Shown: positions 1 to 12,696 of the stretch, one piece after another
How positions within the stretch are numbered: position 1 is the first letter of the stretch
Layout of the letters: the number at the start of each line of letters is the position of its first letter
NCBI RefSeq assembly: GCF_902459465.1
Contig: NC_047079.1
Span: forward strand, 11,036,001 to 11,100,000
Source: Asterias rubens
Taxonomy: Eukaryota
Length of the DNA stretch: 64,000 nucleotides
Reading direction: 5' to 3'
Made by a program: the position numbers and the translations under genes
The notes under the pieces: generated by a model
What the model saw: only the letters and a program-made list of their open reading frames with translations
The model's database searches: none
What the model was told of the DNA's origin: nothing

Positions 1-635
1 TATACTTTGTCACTCAACAGAATAAAAGGTATTTAAAATCCGACCCCAAGACAACGTTTGAACCCAATTTGTTTTGTTATTACACAGTGAGGTATTGTTC
101 GATTGAAAAGCCAAGACTGCTGGACTTGTTTGGTTCTATATTTACGGGACAGATGTTCAATGGGAAACTTTAGACTATCTGCCAATCACCAAGAGAGGGC
201 GCTCTCCACCAGATAATGTCAACAACTTAGGAATAGGAGAAGCATGAGTGACGGTCACTGACAGCAAATACCTTGTGTTTTGCGTGCTTTTGATTTTGTA
301 TTTAGATTTAGCCAAACTGTATTTTGTTTCTCATAACACAATTCCAGCATAAACCAAACTGTTCTGGAACAGGACGTACTGGACACGAGTTCCCCTATGA
401 TAACAAGCGGTGTGCACGAGGTTTTGGGAGTGTTTCTTCTAGGGTAATTAGCAAAAATTCCAAAATGCTGACCTACCAAAAAATGAGAAGAAATCTGAAG
501 TTTAGTTGTATGACAATGTATCTGATTTAATTTTCAAGAGGCTGAGAGACTTCTAAATATTTTTTGAGTATTTTTGAATGTTAAGCATTTACCATCGTTT
601 GCTATAGGAGTTGTGCACCCTTGCCTGGTAGGTCT

Positions 636-651
636 GCTGCCCTCTAGTGGC
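636..651 (-). promoter_or_regulatory. Candidate CTCF site in mTOR intron
   Basis: Minus strand reads GCCACTAGAGGGCAGC, matching the CTCF core CCACYAGRGGGCRC. Motif match only. Confidence 0.45.
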
Positions 652-772
652 AGAGCTTTCAAAAAGTCTCCAATTCATTGGCCTTGGGCTTGGGCTTTTA
701 TACAGTCTCTTTTACAGGGCTAAGGATTTGTATAAAGATGGAAGAATGAAGAGATGTTAAAATGCTTCTTAC

Positions 773-2586
773 CTTTGGATCTCTGACAGCATTGAAAATA
801 TGATCAAAGAAACTCTGCACCTGCTGGAAGAAGAATGTCGGGGTGTTCTCTGCCAACTCCCGAAGCACAAGAACCTAGATCAAGATCAAACAAAACACAA
901 TCAAATTTTATTTTAGCACTCACCATCATTTGAATAGGGCACCTTCCCACAATTGTCAAAAAGGGTTAATAAATACACATATATATACGATAAAATCGTT
1001 GATCTCACTAATCAGTCAGCTTCTCCCTTAACAGTGCAGTGGTCCACTGGCCAAATGCCAGTTAAAACACCAGGGCCCAACTTCATGGCTCTGCTTACCG
1101 CCGAATTCTGCGCTTACGATCGCGATTCCCCGCTTACGTGCGAACACCAAATTTCTGCGCTAGCCTTGTAAGCGTAGAATGCCTAGTAACGCAGAGTATG
1201 CACCCTCAGAAGCCAAAATTTGCCGCTTACCCGTGAAATCTGCTTGCTGTAAGCACAGAATTCCCTGCCTCCATAAGCGCCGATTCTGTGCTTACGGTAA
1301 GCAGAGACATGAGATTGGGCCCTGGTGACCAGTCAGAATTCTTTTGAAATGGTTCAGCTGGCTAGCTAAGTGTTGGTAAGCAACCATACTATATTTGAAT
1401 AATGACAAGTAAAAAAAAGCTGACAGAGTTAGTAAAATGACAAGCTACACTGGACCTGCTGGCTAGTCACTTAAAAAGTTAAAAACCGCAAAGCCCTGCA
1501 ATCAATGTGTAAAGGAACTTGGAATCAATGACACACAGAAGCTCCAGAATAAATCTGTGTAATGAATCAAGTACGTGTACACCTCAAATTTGCCAACCAT
1601 AGCCGTCGAAACATGTCTTGCATTTAAGAGATGAATAAATTACTGTATTATTATTAGTGTAAACTCACAGCTGCATGTCTCCTTCCCTCATTCCGGTCCC
1701 CTCCCAGCCATTCAAGCGCTCTACGAACTTCAAACTCCACGTACTCGGGAGTGAAGGTACCTCCAGCCATAGCAAGTCTCCCAATCGCCTTAGCAGCCAT
1801 TTCCATAACGGCAACATCGTTAGATGGGAGGAGGATACGAAGGTAGTTGGCAAAGCGGGTGATACGATTGGCATTGTCACTATCAATGCTGATCAGGCTT
1901 ACTGTAAAATAGTCAGAAAAGTAGGAGATAATTAACAATAATAAGAATTTGGGTTCAAACAATTTAGAAAATTGTCCGGATGTTGTAGTCTTAGATAAAG
2001 TGAAGAAGATGTGTCATCTTATACTAGACATAGCTGTGTCGGAAGATTTAAAGGTAGCTTCGCATGAGATGGAAAAGATCCAAAAGTACCAAAACCTGGC
2101 CAAGGAACACTGTAAGGTTTGACAGGTGAAAGTGAAGGTAGTCCCTGTAGCGGCTGGAGCACTTGGAATCACTCCCAAAGCACTAGGGAACAAATCAATA
2201 AATCAAGAAGTGATTGACTAATAAATAATTGACTACTTACTGACAGCTATTATTCCTCCCTTCTTCTCGTTCACGTATTGACTGGAAACCAATTCAATCA
2301 CGACCACACAGACCCATAAGCCATTCAAATAATCAGTAAATCAATAAGTGGTTGATTAATAAATTGACTACTTACCAATAGCCATGATTCCTCCCTTCTT
2401 CTCATTCACATCTTGACTAGAAACCAATTCAAAGATGTGATGGTTGAGTTCATCCATGAATGATGTCCTCTCATCTTGCGACATCTCACGTAGCTCTGTC
2501 GTTACATAATGCTGCAGGTTCTTCGCCGTCTTTGTCCGCGTCTCTTCGTTGCGGCTCTTCAGGCCGCTTACAAACTGGTTAATCAT
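773..2586 (-). CDS. MTOR: Serine/threonine kinase mTOR, 5' part (coding exons 2586-2376, 1901-1669, 874-773; gene continues off the left edge)
   Basis: Spliced translation [36 protein letters not shown]...[37 protein letters not shown]...[49 protein letters not shown] closely matches the mTOR N-terminal HEAT region. GT-AG sites have compatible phases (1,0,0). An in-frame TAA lies just upstream of ATG 2586. Confidence 0.97.
1074..1321. mobile_element. PIF/Harbinger-type MITE in mTOR intron
   Basis: About 27-bp TIRs (GGCCCAACTTCATGGCTCTGCTTACC / GGTAAGCAGAGACATGAGATTGGGCC) with CAG/CTG (CWG) flanks in an AAACAC-CWG-GT context. Confidence 0.75.
1973..2190 (+). mobile_element. Decayed R4/Dong-like non-LTR retrotransposon fragment (restriction-like endonuclease region)
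   Basis: Translates [70 protein letters not shown], a PD..D..K RLE motif with an internal stop. Similar to 45068-45283. Confidence 0.75.
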
Positions 2587-3479
2587 CGTAGCGTTTGGTG
2601 GTTAACTGAATGAGTGTTAAATAAATCACAAGTTGGAAAAGCAACAGTTTTATCAGGAATTTGTGAAAAAATTTAGAACAATTTCCGCCACAAGTTTTTC
2701 ATTTGTTATTAAATAAACTAGTATCTATTCTAATTTACTTAAAAATGTGATTCTTTTAAAAAAATATAAGATGATGTTTAAGTGAAAAAGTGGTGGCAGG
2801 ATTCAGAAATCTTTCATTCCAGAATTTCATCTTTGAGAGGTTAGAGAGGATACAGCCATTCTGCGGAAATTTATCCTGATATTTTATAAGAAAAGTTTCC
2901 GTATGGGGCGGTATGGCAACGGTGCAGTGCCACCACTTTTCATTCGATATGAAATAATAAAAATATAGTCTAATTAGTAATTTACCTCAATGAGATTTCC
3001 CTTTTAGTAAAAATGAGTAAAAAAGTGGTGGCGCCAAACGGAAAGATATCCATTTTATATATGCACTTGCTCTAAACTTTGGACTTGGACTTGTGGTGGT
3101 GGGCGGGGATTTTTTAGAAACTGTAATGTAATTTAAATTTGGCAAAATTATCATTTTTCTTTGCATGAATTGATTGGAAACAACAACAACACAAATGAAA
3201 ATAATAATTAATATGAAACAAATGAAATAATGGAAACATGTTCAGTCTTACTCTGTCATTTGACATTTAGAACACTTTTTGGCAACATTTACTTCTTAGC
3301 GAAAAAATTATTGTCAACATGTTTGACCTTTGACCCGCAGTGCAGCCTACGATAAAAAAAATGAAAGTTCAAGTTGCGTTTTGTAAGAAAAAAACAAATG
3401 CTCGTGGGTCGCTCTAAACCACAGTCTGTAGCTCAAGATTTATCTCCATAAATGAGGTATGTCGGTATTATTTTCTTAC

Positions 3480-4083
3480 CTCAAAACTAAGCGTATTTCT
3501 CGCTCTGTAACCTCATGTAACAGACTACATCAAACTCTGAAAAGTTTATCGGCCCTGGAAGTCGCCATTTTTCATCTAACCTCTTTCAAACAGATGGTCT
3601 ATTTATTGTTTACATCTTGTTTTTATATATTATAAATAAAATTAAAACTCTCATTGCTTGAAAAAACTACATAAGTGACTACGTTATTAAATATTAGTTA
3701 TTTTAACATTATATTATTAAACCTAAATAAGAATATTTGGACGGAGGCTAAATGTCAAATGTCACTAAATTGTAACTGGTATGCGTGTGCAATTCCAGGC
3801 GTAAGCCAATACATTTGTGCGGCACCAACTAGTCATCGCAATGATCTATTTTTAGCTGATACACACATGTACTGTTTTGTAATCTCGAAATGACATATGC
3901 GACGGGATTTGCATCACCCGAAAAACACACATTGTTTGTAACATTTAACGAGTGGAAGTTGCGACCGACTAACACTCAGCTGCAGTGAGAGCTTGAGGTA
4001 TAACAGTATTTGGTCGTGTTTGATTTCTTTGACTTTGATGAGCTGTAAAGGTGTTCAATTTATTGAGTTTTTCATCTTCGGAA
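3480..4083. promoter_or_regulatory. Bidirectional promoter region MTOR/UBIAD1 with inferred non-coding first exons
   Basis: Minus-strand donor GAG/GTAAG at 3480 pairs with the acceptor at 2605 (mTOR). Plus-strand donor GTAAGT at 4084 pairs with acceptor TTTCAG at 4358 (UBIAD1). YY1-like AAAATGGCG on the minus strand near 3563-3572. Confidence 0.55.
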
Positions 4084-4367
4084 GTAAGTTAAAAGATTTT
4101 GTGCTAGGGCCTACGCCTACGACTACGTATCAAATGTACGCGCGCGCCCTATCTGCTGAATTCCACTGCACTGCACCATGGAGATTTTCTTCCTCCATGA
4201 CTGCACCACATGCTACAGTACACGTAACACTACACTACACTACACTTTAGTATTTCAAAATTAGTCATGTCAGTTTTTGTTGTCATCAATTTTCTCAAAC
4301 TACATAACTTTTGTTTGCTTTGAATTGATGGAAAATATTTATTTTTGTTTTATTTCAGGTTTTCAAA

Positions 4368-5399
4368 ATGGACCATCCGAATAATAAAATGATGAATGGC
4401 AACGGTTCAGCTTTGAGTATAACAACAGTTTCAGAACCGGACGGACGAGTATCAGTCAAACCTGACCTGAGAAAAACGTTGAAGTCATACATCGTTGCGT
4501 TACGTCCGTGGTCATTCAGTGCATCGCTCAACCCCGTCATTCTCGGTTCAGCGATAGCGTTTAAGACACAGCCGGAGCAGAGCGTGACATCTGGTAACTT
4601 GGTAATCTTCATGGCCGCTTTGGTCGCTGTACTGTCTGTGCACGGTGCAGGAAATCTTGTCAACACATACTACGATTACATGAAAGGAATCGACAGCAAA
4701 AAGAGTGACGATAGAACTTTAGTCGATGGAATTCTCTCCCCGGATGATGTAGCGACATTCGGCCAAGTCTTGTATATTGTTGGTTGTCTCGCCATCGCAG
4801 CCTTGTACTTTTTCTCGCCGGCTAAACTCGAGCATATTGCTCTTTTATACTTCGGCGGGTTATCCAGCTCATTCCTTTACACAGGGGGACTCGGACTGAA
4901 GTACTTAGCGCTCGGAGATCTTGTGATTATGTTTACTTTTGGACCATTATCCGTTATGTTCGCTTACACGATGCAAATCGGCACAATGCATATTCTACCG
5001 TTGTTATACGCCATCCCACTAGCTATGAACACTGAAGCTATACTTCATAGCAACAACACGCGAGACATGGAAGCTGATAAGAAAGCTGGGATAGTCACAA
5101 TAGCTATGTGTCTAGGCAAGACAGGCTCGTATATTCTCTACACCCTCCTTATGTTCGTCCCTTACATCACATTTGCAATTATGGGCGTCAACTTCTCCTT
5201 GGCGTATCTACTTCCGTTTTTGACTCTTCCGATGGCTTTTAGTCTGGAGAAGGATTTTCGGAGAGGCGAGATGGCAAAGCTACCCCAGCGGACAGCGAAA
5301 CTAAACCTCTTATTCGGAGCGTTGTATATCCTAGCATGTTTGCTTGTAAATAGGAATGCTATGCCAGGAGTTTTAGATGTTGCGGCTCTATCAAAGTAA
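4368..5399 (+). CDS. UBIAD1: UbiA prenyltransferase domain-containing protein 1 (343 aa, uninterrupted CDS)
   Basis: Motifs [47 protein letters not shown] and [15 protein letters not shown], plus multiple TM helices. Confidence 0.97.
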   Translation: MDHPNNKMMNGNGSALSITTVSEPDGRVSVKPDLRKTLKSYIVALRPWSFSASLNPVILGSAIAFKTQPEQSVTSGNLVIFMAALVAVLSVHGAGNLVNTYYDYMKGIDSKKSDDRTLVDGILSPDDVATFGQVLYIVGCLAIAALYFFSPAKLEHIALLYFGGLSSSFLYTGGLGLKYLALGDLVIMFTFGPLSVMFAYTMQIGTMHILPLLYAIPLAMNTEAILHSNNTRDMEADKKAGIVTIAMCLGKTGSYILYTLLMFVPYITFAIMGVNFSLAYLLPFLTLPMAFSLEKDFRRGEMAKLPQRTAKLNLLFGALYILACLLVNRNAMPGVLDVAALSK

Positions 5400-5948
5400 A
5401 TGTGTTCTAAAAATTGTGTGTAAAATATATAGTTGTTGATTATTGATAACTTATTGAATTTGCTCCTGATGTATGACAACACAAGCTCAAACAGTGCCCA
5501 CACAAAGGTCAAATGAGGTCACTGAGGTCAAATATGTTCTACATGTACCATGTACACATAGCTTTACATTGTTTGACCTTGGCCAATGTAGCCAATTCAA
5601 TTGGGTTGTACACGTAGAAACTTGACAAAACAGTACATAAACAATCACAATTTATCACCAAGGTCTAATTTCATAAACAAATATGAATTTAGAAATTAAC
5701 GGAGAACCAACCAGTCACTTGCAGTACACATGTACTTCACATTGCACTCTGGCTGGTAAACTGTACTTGCTAACTGCTAAGCAACATGTTTTAACGCTTA
5801 GCATTTTTGTGTGTTTGTGAGATCTCTATGAATGAAGGCCTATGTTTTTTTATACAAGTTCGCCTTTTGTCAAGTTCGCCATTGATCTAACTGAACATAA
5901 CAAGTGGATTTGTTTGTACCTGTCTGCTTGCAGTGTGAAGGTTTTTAA

Positions 5949-6325
5949 AGGCAGTGGACACTATTGGTAATTACTCAATAATTATCAGTATAAAATCTCA
6001 CTTGGTAACAAGTAATGGGGAGAGGTTGATAATATAAAACATTGTGAGAAACGGCTCCCTCTGAAGTGACGTAGTTTTCAAGAAAGAAGTAAATTTCCAT
6101 GAATTTGATTTCGAGACCTCAAGTTTAGAATTTGAGGTCTCGAAATCAAACATCTGAAAGCACACAACTTCGTGTGACAAGGGTGTTTTTTTCTTTCATA
6201 CTCATCTCGCAACTCCGACGACCAATCAAGCTCAAATTTTCACAGGTTGGTTATTTTATGCATATGTTGAGATACACCAAGTGAGAAGACTGGTCTTCGA
6301 CAATTACCAATAGTGTCCAGTGCCT
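5949..6325. mobile_element. Kolobok-type MITE, family 1 (about 375 bp), representative copy
   Basis: TTAA target duplication, AGG termini, TIRs AGGCAGTGGACACTATTGGTAATT / AATTACCAATAGTGTCCAGTGCCT, internal GATTTCGAGACCTCA palindrome. Source of the many recurring ETSNSK/LREPFLTMF ORFs. Confidence 0.85.
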
Positions 6326-6685
6326 TTAATGACCAAACCAGTTGTCATAGAAAAGACAAATTGAAACATTGTGAAAAGTCATTTGCTATTCAGATTTGAA
6401 TGTCTAATACAACAATACATTGTTTGGTTACTGTCGCTTAAAGTTAATGCTCAATTTAAATTCCTTAGACTATCCCTTTGTTGCCATATGGATGCAAATG
6501 CAAATATGATTCAGGGCAAGCTTTTACATTACAACCTCCAGAGTTCAGATCAGCACAGACTGATGTCCTTATTAAAGACACTGGACACTATTGGTAATTA
6601 GAGAAATTGCAGAGAAATTTGTTTTTTGGGGGTAACCCAACATGAAAGCAAAACGTGTACAATGTACATGTATACAGCTTTTTAA

Positions 6686-7063
6686 AGACAGTGGACTCTA
6701 TTGGTAGTTGTCAAAGACCAGTCTTCTCACTTGTTGTATCTCAACATATGCATAAAATAACAAGCCTGTGAAAACTTGAGCTCAATTGGTCGTCGAAGTT
6801 GCGAGATAATAATGAAAGTAAAAACACCCTGGTCACACGATGTTGTGTGCTTTCAGATGCTTGATTTCTTGACCTCAAATTCTAAATCTGAGGTCTCAAA
6901 ATCAAATTCGTGGAAAATGACTTCTTTCTCGAAAACTACGCCACTTTAGAGGGAGCCGTTTCTCACATTGTATTATGCTATCAACCTCTCCCCATTACTT
7001 GTTACCAAGTGAGGTTTTATGCTAATAATTATTTTGAGTAATAACCAATAGTGTCCACTGCCT
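6686..7063. mobile_element. Kolobok-type MITE family 1
   Basis: Same TIRs, opposite orientation to 5949-6325. Confidence 0.8.
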
Positions 7064-10000
7064 TTAGACACACATTGCATTGAGAATTGTGTATGGGCGT
7101 TAAAAAAATGCTTGCCTAGCTGACCATGTGGCATACAATGTTCACAGCAATACTGGATGTAGTCTGAGGAATTCAAAATGAGCATCCAGTTTTGACCAAA
7201 CGATGCATGGTTTTAGACATTCAAACCTAGAGCTCTCACAAATGGCTTTTTAGCAATGCACATACATCTATGAGTATGCACGTTGGCTTAAAAACACAAA
7301 TACACTACATACAATGTACATTTTAAGGTAACATGTACATGTACATGTGCAATACTATGAAAGTTATTTATTCATCATCACCATGTTGTATTTATTTGTA
7401 TTATTGCTTTGTTCTGTTTTTATTTAGTATGATTTTATCGGGGTTTACATACTGTATGGTTTACTAATACTTTGAATAAGTTAAGATGTTCCGTAATTGT
7501 TAAATTTACATTTAATTTCTTTGTGTTTCTTTAGTTTCTCTCAAATATTCTATCTAACTCATTGGTTACTTGATTTTGGAGGGATGGGCCAACAATTTAA
7601 ATATGCGTGAACAAGATGGCAAGACTTTCCCTTTGTTAATTTCATTAAACGCTAGCCATCCCTCAACCATCAAAATCTTATGTGTGTTTGTTTGATTGAT
7701 TCTGTTTGACTGAAGACTACACTGGTTAACTTTTAAAATGCTTTACATGGGATCAGGTATACCACCATAATCAGAGTCCAATAGTTTGGGTGTTGAGTCA
7801 GTTACCTATGGTGTTAGATTGAGTACTGGACTTAGTGCTTTACATTGGATCAGGCATACTGTACCACCATATTATTATCAGAGCCCAGTTGAGCTATGTA
7901 CCATGGCTTTGGAATTTGTAAAAGCGAGGAAGAATCTTAGTAAATAACTCAGATACTCTACTAATAATTATACAGTATCCATCTAAATAATAAATTATCC
8001 GTTTTTATTTGGTCTTCTGTTGATGAAATTTTTCTAAGAAACTAATTTCTCTTTTGTTTGGAGATTTAACTTGTTTGTTTCAGTGAATTTGAATGCGTGG
8101 TGATGATGAAACTGAACTAATCTTTGCTGAAAATGACAGGGAAAAGATAACACCTTTACTACAAAATTTAATCTTAAATGTCATATACTTACTTTGTCTG
8201 AAAAGTTAAAATGTTAGTTATTAAAAGATAAACACCTAATGAAATGATTTGTTATAAATAATTAATACATAACTATTAATCAAATTTAATCTAATAATAT
8301 GATTAGACTTTCCCTGAATATGTGGTAGGCATTAATTACACATTCTAACTCCTATTTTGCAAAGGCACTTTGCAATTTAAAATTATTGATATAAAATCAA
8401 AAGGGTTTAAGTGTACAAGTTAACATAAGGGCACCAATGCAATGGACATGCACTATGGGCATTATTAATCCCAGTTTTCTTTGTGTTAAAGTCAGAACCT
8501 GTTTGTTGTTTAAACATATAGAAAGGAACCTTCCTCTGTGGTTGAAAGTCTTGACATGTTTAAAATAGTTTGCATTTTCGATTTGCTGCAATTAAAATGT
8601 GGTATTTAAGCCAGTTTGTCAAACCATGATAATGTACATGTACATATAGTTGGGTTTGAATTATTGCGTTTTGGGCCAAAATCGTAAACTCGTCATCCGT
8701 AAAGCCTTCCCTGCCAACACATACGTAGCCTTTTGTCAATGCCTTTATGGCTTGGAGAGCCGCGATCCCAAGCGACTGGAACGGGGGACCACGCACGCGA
8801 GTGGCGAAGCCAGGCCTTGAAAAAAGGGCTGAGGGCATACAACCACTGGTACTCTGAAAGCCACTACTTTTATTTAAAAAGATTGTTACTTTTTAAAGCC
8901 TTCTGCTAGGGTAGAAACGTCATCATGCCACTAACTATTAAAAACAAAAAAATTATACCCACCCATGGTGTCACCGCAAATTGTATTTAATGCATGCAAC
9001 TTTTACCAATAAAAACTGCGGGGGAACATGACCCACTCCCTTCATTCATGTATTGAAAATCGAAGATTACAATGAAAGGCACCCTTTTTACATGTACCTC
9101 GTTCTTCCTCGCACACCCCAACCTCCCAAAACAAATTCTGGCGCGCCATCGTCGGTGTGTCATCAATTGCGACAGCGCCCTCTCGTCACACAATCAAGAC
9201 AGTCTTTGCAACACCCTTGCTCGTGTCTTATAATGATTCCCAATCTTTAATTAACCACAATCATCATCCTTCGTCCTTGGGCGCAATAGTAGAAGTAGCT
9301 TTTATAAAATGGTGCCAGATTGCTTTATCCCTCATTAACCATTATACAAATAAGGGATTCAATTTTGTGGGGGAATATACATGAAATCTTGGTTTTCGTA
9401 TTCCATTTTTTCCGACTCGCTCTATAAAACTAATTAATACTTTATTAGAGCAGAGAGTTAATTCACCTTCAAAATTACAAGGGCAGAACACTCGACTCGG
9501 CTGGATTGTGTCCTGTTATTTCGCTAATTATTTAATAAACGGGATGTTTCAAGTTTTACTTTGCATTCATTACCAGCAAAATCTACATTATAATTAAAAC
9601 ATTTTGTCAAGAGCATCAACTTGCCGGTACTAATAATTGCTCTTTGTTAATTTTGACACGTGTACATGTGTGCAAATTTAGGCTACGTGTAGGCCTACGT
9701 TTTTAGAGTTGTATGAGTTCTATTCTACCCAAAAGCAACTCATTTTGTTGTATATTATCATTAATTTATCTTTCATCCCAATTACCTAAAATGATACGAA
9801 AGCGTTGAAGAAGAAAATATAATAAGTATGACTTAGTTACAAGTCTTTCGTCATGCTTGTGGACTCAATAACTTATGACATTATGACCATAGAGCTAAAA
9901 TGCATAGGAGCTATAATAGCTCCTATGCATTATGACTCGCTTATTCATAGTTTCATATCTGACTTTAATAATAGACTGTCTTTCTTTTCGCACAGGCCCT

Positions 10001-10652
10001 TTTAAGCCTCGGTAAACTACAGTTATAACAACACATTTTATTTGATAGTTTATTTTAATTGGCCTACACAGTGAACTTTGATTCGCGTTATTAGAAAGTT
10101 GGCAAAACAGTAAAACGATTTCCAGTAATGGCGCCCACTTGTGGTTGTCATTTCTGTCCGCGTCATTCGGGCGGGGTTGGAGGGGGGGGGGCTCTCAACT
10201 GGTATTGATCGATTATGACCTTACTAATAATGACAACGCTTTTGCCCGCACACTGATTGATTGATTTTTTGGTCACGTGTAAGAGAAAATAAATTCAGAC
10301 TATTGTTCTGTACATAACCTATCAGAACACTGTGCATAATTTGTTTTCCCTACAAAGCTTCGATCAGAGTACGAGTTTTTTTTTAACCCCCCAAAAACCC
10401 AGTTTTTTAATCAACATTTCTTCGATAGAAAGTAAAACAAACATTTGAGCAAACCATGTGAGTTTATTTGAGCCTTTGTGTGCAGTTGATGCCCCGCTTT
10501 GTGGTCGGAAAACGTCATCCAGTTATCGGTGAGTAATTGTATTTTTGTGGTACCCAGTTTTAAATATTGCGATATACTTGTGTTCAGAAATAATGTTTAA
10601 CCAAATTAATCCATAATTAAAATAATGATATTGGTGTTTAGGGGAATGTTAA

Positions 10653-11007
10653 AGACACTAGACACTATTGGTAATTGTCAAAGACTAGCCTTCACAGTTG
10701 TTGTATCTCAACATATGCATAAAATAACAAACCTGTGAAAATTTGAGCTCAATCGGTCATCGAATTAAGTTGCGAGATAATAATGAAAGAAAGAAACAAA
10801 ATTCTTGATTTCGAGACCTCAAACTCTAAATTTGAGGTCTCGAAATCAAAATCGTGGAAAACTACTATTTTCTCGAAAACTACATTACTTCACAGGGAGC
10901 CGTTTCTCACCATGTTTTATGCTACCAACCTCTCACCATTACTAGTTACCGAGAAAGGTTTTATACTAATAATTATTTTGAGTAATTACCAATAGTGTCC
11001 ACTGCTT
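10653..11007. mobile_element. Kolobok-type MITE family 1
   Basis: TIRs and TTAA flanks, with an internal deletion. Confidence 0.8.
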
Positions 11008-11120
11008 TTAATACAAGTGACCTTAAACTATACCTTGTTTGATTTAGCAATCATATAATGGACTGTATGCACACTTTATTTTATTTTGTATTCAGGAAAG
11101 CCAGCCCACTCTATCACACC

Positions 11121-12696
11121 ATGAAGGCTTCATTGATACATTGCGTGTTCTTTGTTGTGTTTTCAAGTGTCATGGCTGAGACACCATACTACCCAAGCTG
11201 CCGAAATGGCATCAAATGTGAGAACAAGTAATATCAGGTTTATTTAATTATTTCAGGTTTATTCTATTTTATCAGGTTTATTATTATTATAACAGTTACT
11301 TAACTTCTCGGGTAATGACCTTGAAATTATATTTTGAAATTTCGATCCGAAAGCCAATATGGTAGTTGGTAGTAAGCATCATGAGAAACTATTTCATCTG
11401 ACGTGCTCTCGATCAAAATTAGGATTATAAATCAATTAAATAAGAATTTTAATCTCCAAAGATCACCACGAGACGACTTTTGGAGATTCGAAATTTTCCT
11501 GGTTTAAAATTATGCGCCCAGAGATACGGTTGGTACCCGCGGCGTCACCTCATAAAGCCTTACGAATTCGACGTTCTAGATGAAGATACCAAGTCAGTTT
11601 TTTGTACTGTTTTCTCAACAATAGGCCTACCTTTAACATTTGAAATTGCTCAAAGAAAAACATTTGGCAGATATAATAATACATTGTTCTCAAAAGCTTA
11701 CGCATTAATATATTATCCCAAAGTCCCTGGATGAAGAATTATGAATGACATTTTCTTTTTGTTCATATTTTGTTTCCCCTTTTAGCAATTCCCAAAATGG
11801 GAACAAATAATTGTTCGAACATTCTGTGCTCCAGCCGATATAAACCGGTTTGTGGCAGCGATGGGGAGGAATATCTCAACGACTGTTCACTGTGCAAAGC
11901 AGCATGCACCAATCACAAGTTGTTTAAACGGTGTGATGGGTTTTGTCCTTGTGGGGCGCTGAAGAACCCGACGACTGTTCTAGACCCCAAAGTTTTAGAC
12001 CCCAAACTTCCGAAGATTGCAGCAAGTGGGTTCTGCTTAATGGATGGTAAGCATATACTGAAATAATTTATCTCTGTCTAATGACTAAAGGATAATAAAA
12101 CAACCGTGGCTTCAGTTTTTGCGCCATCGCGATTTATAAGAAAAAACAAGAACAATACACAATGACGTCAATACACAAAAAATCCTGCATCCATTTAAAG
12201 TAAAAATCAAAAGGGAACCAGTTACAAACAATATACATGACATGGTATTTTGGCTGGTAAATTGTTTCTGCTAAGCAACATTTTCCTTTGCTCTATGTAT
12301 TGGACTCATAATTATTTCCTGCAGCCGTTTCGAAACCATGGTTTAGGTGGTCCGGACTTTATGATCCGCTTTGATCAAAGCCCATTACAGAAAGTGCAGA
12401 AGGAGCCCATGATGCAGCCTATAAGCCTAGCTGTAGCTTCGAAAAGGCCCTAATGTGTTCTGACAGTTTGCAAAAAAAGGATAGACCATTGACAGACCGT
12501 TGCTGCATTTTACATTTTTTCAAGGGGTTAATTATACAAAACAACAAACGAACAATTACTATGTAAAAACTAAATTATGTGAAAATGGCACCTGCTGAAA
12601 GACACCCTCTATAGCTTCGTAAAAATGTTCTAATATTTATAACGCCATAAAACGATTAGTTTTTCTTTTGTCATTGCAGAAACATGCCCAAAATGA
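11121..12696 (+). CDS. Secreted Kazal-type domain protein A (124 aa; exons 11121-11217, 11786-12046, 12680-12696)
   Basis: Signal peptide MKASLIHCVFFVVFSSVMA and Kazal signature C-SSRYKPV-CGSDGEEYLNDC. Both introns are phase 1 GT-AG and the total is 375 nt ending ETCPK*. An upstream UTR exon is inferred (donor 10529, acceptor 11095). Confidence 0.8.

Noticed and set aside
255-530. Candidate fourth mTOR coding exon
   Set aside because: I did not find the expected QAIREGAV..LRACL sequence in the minus-strand frames I examined, so the exon probably lies outside the window.
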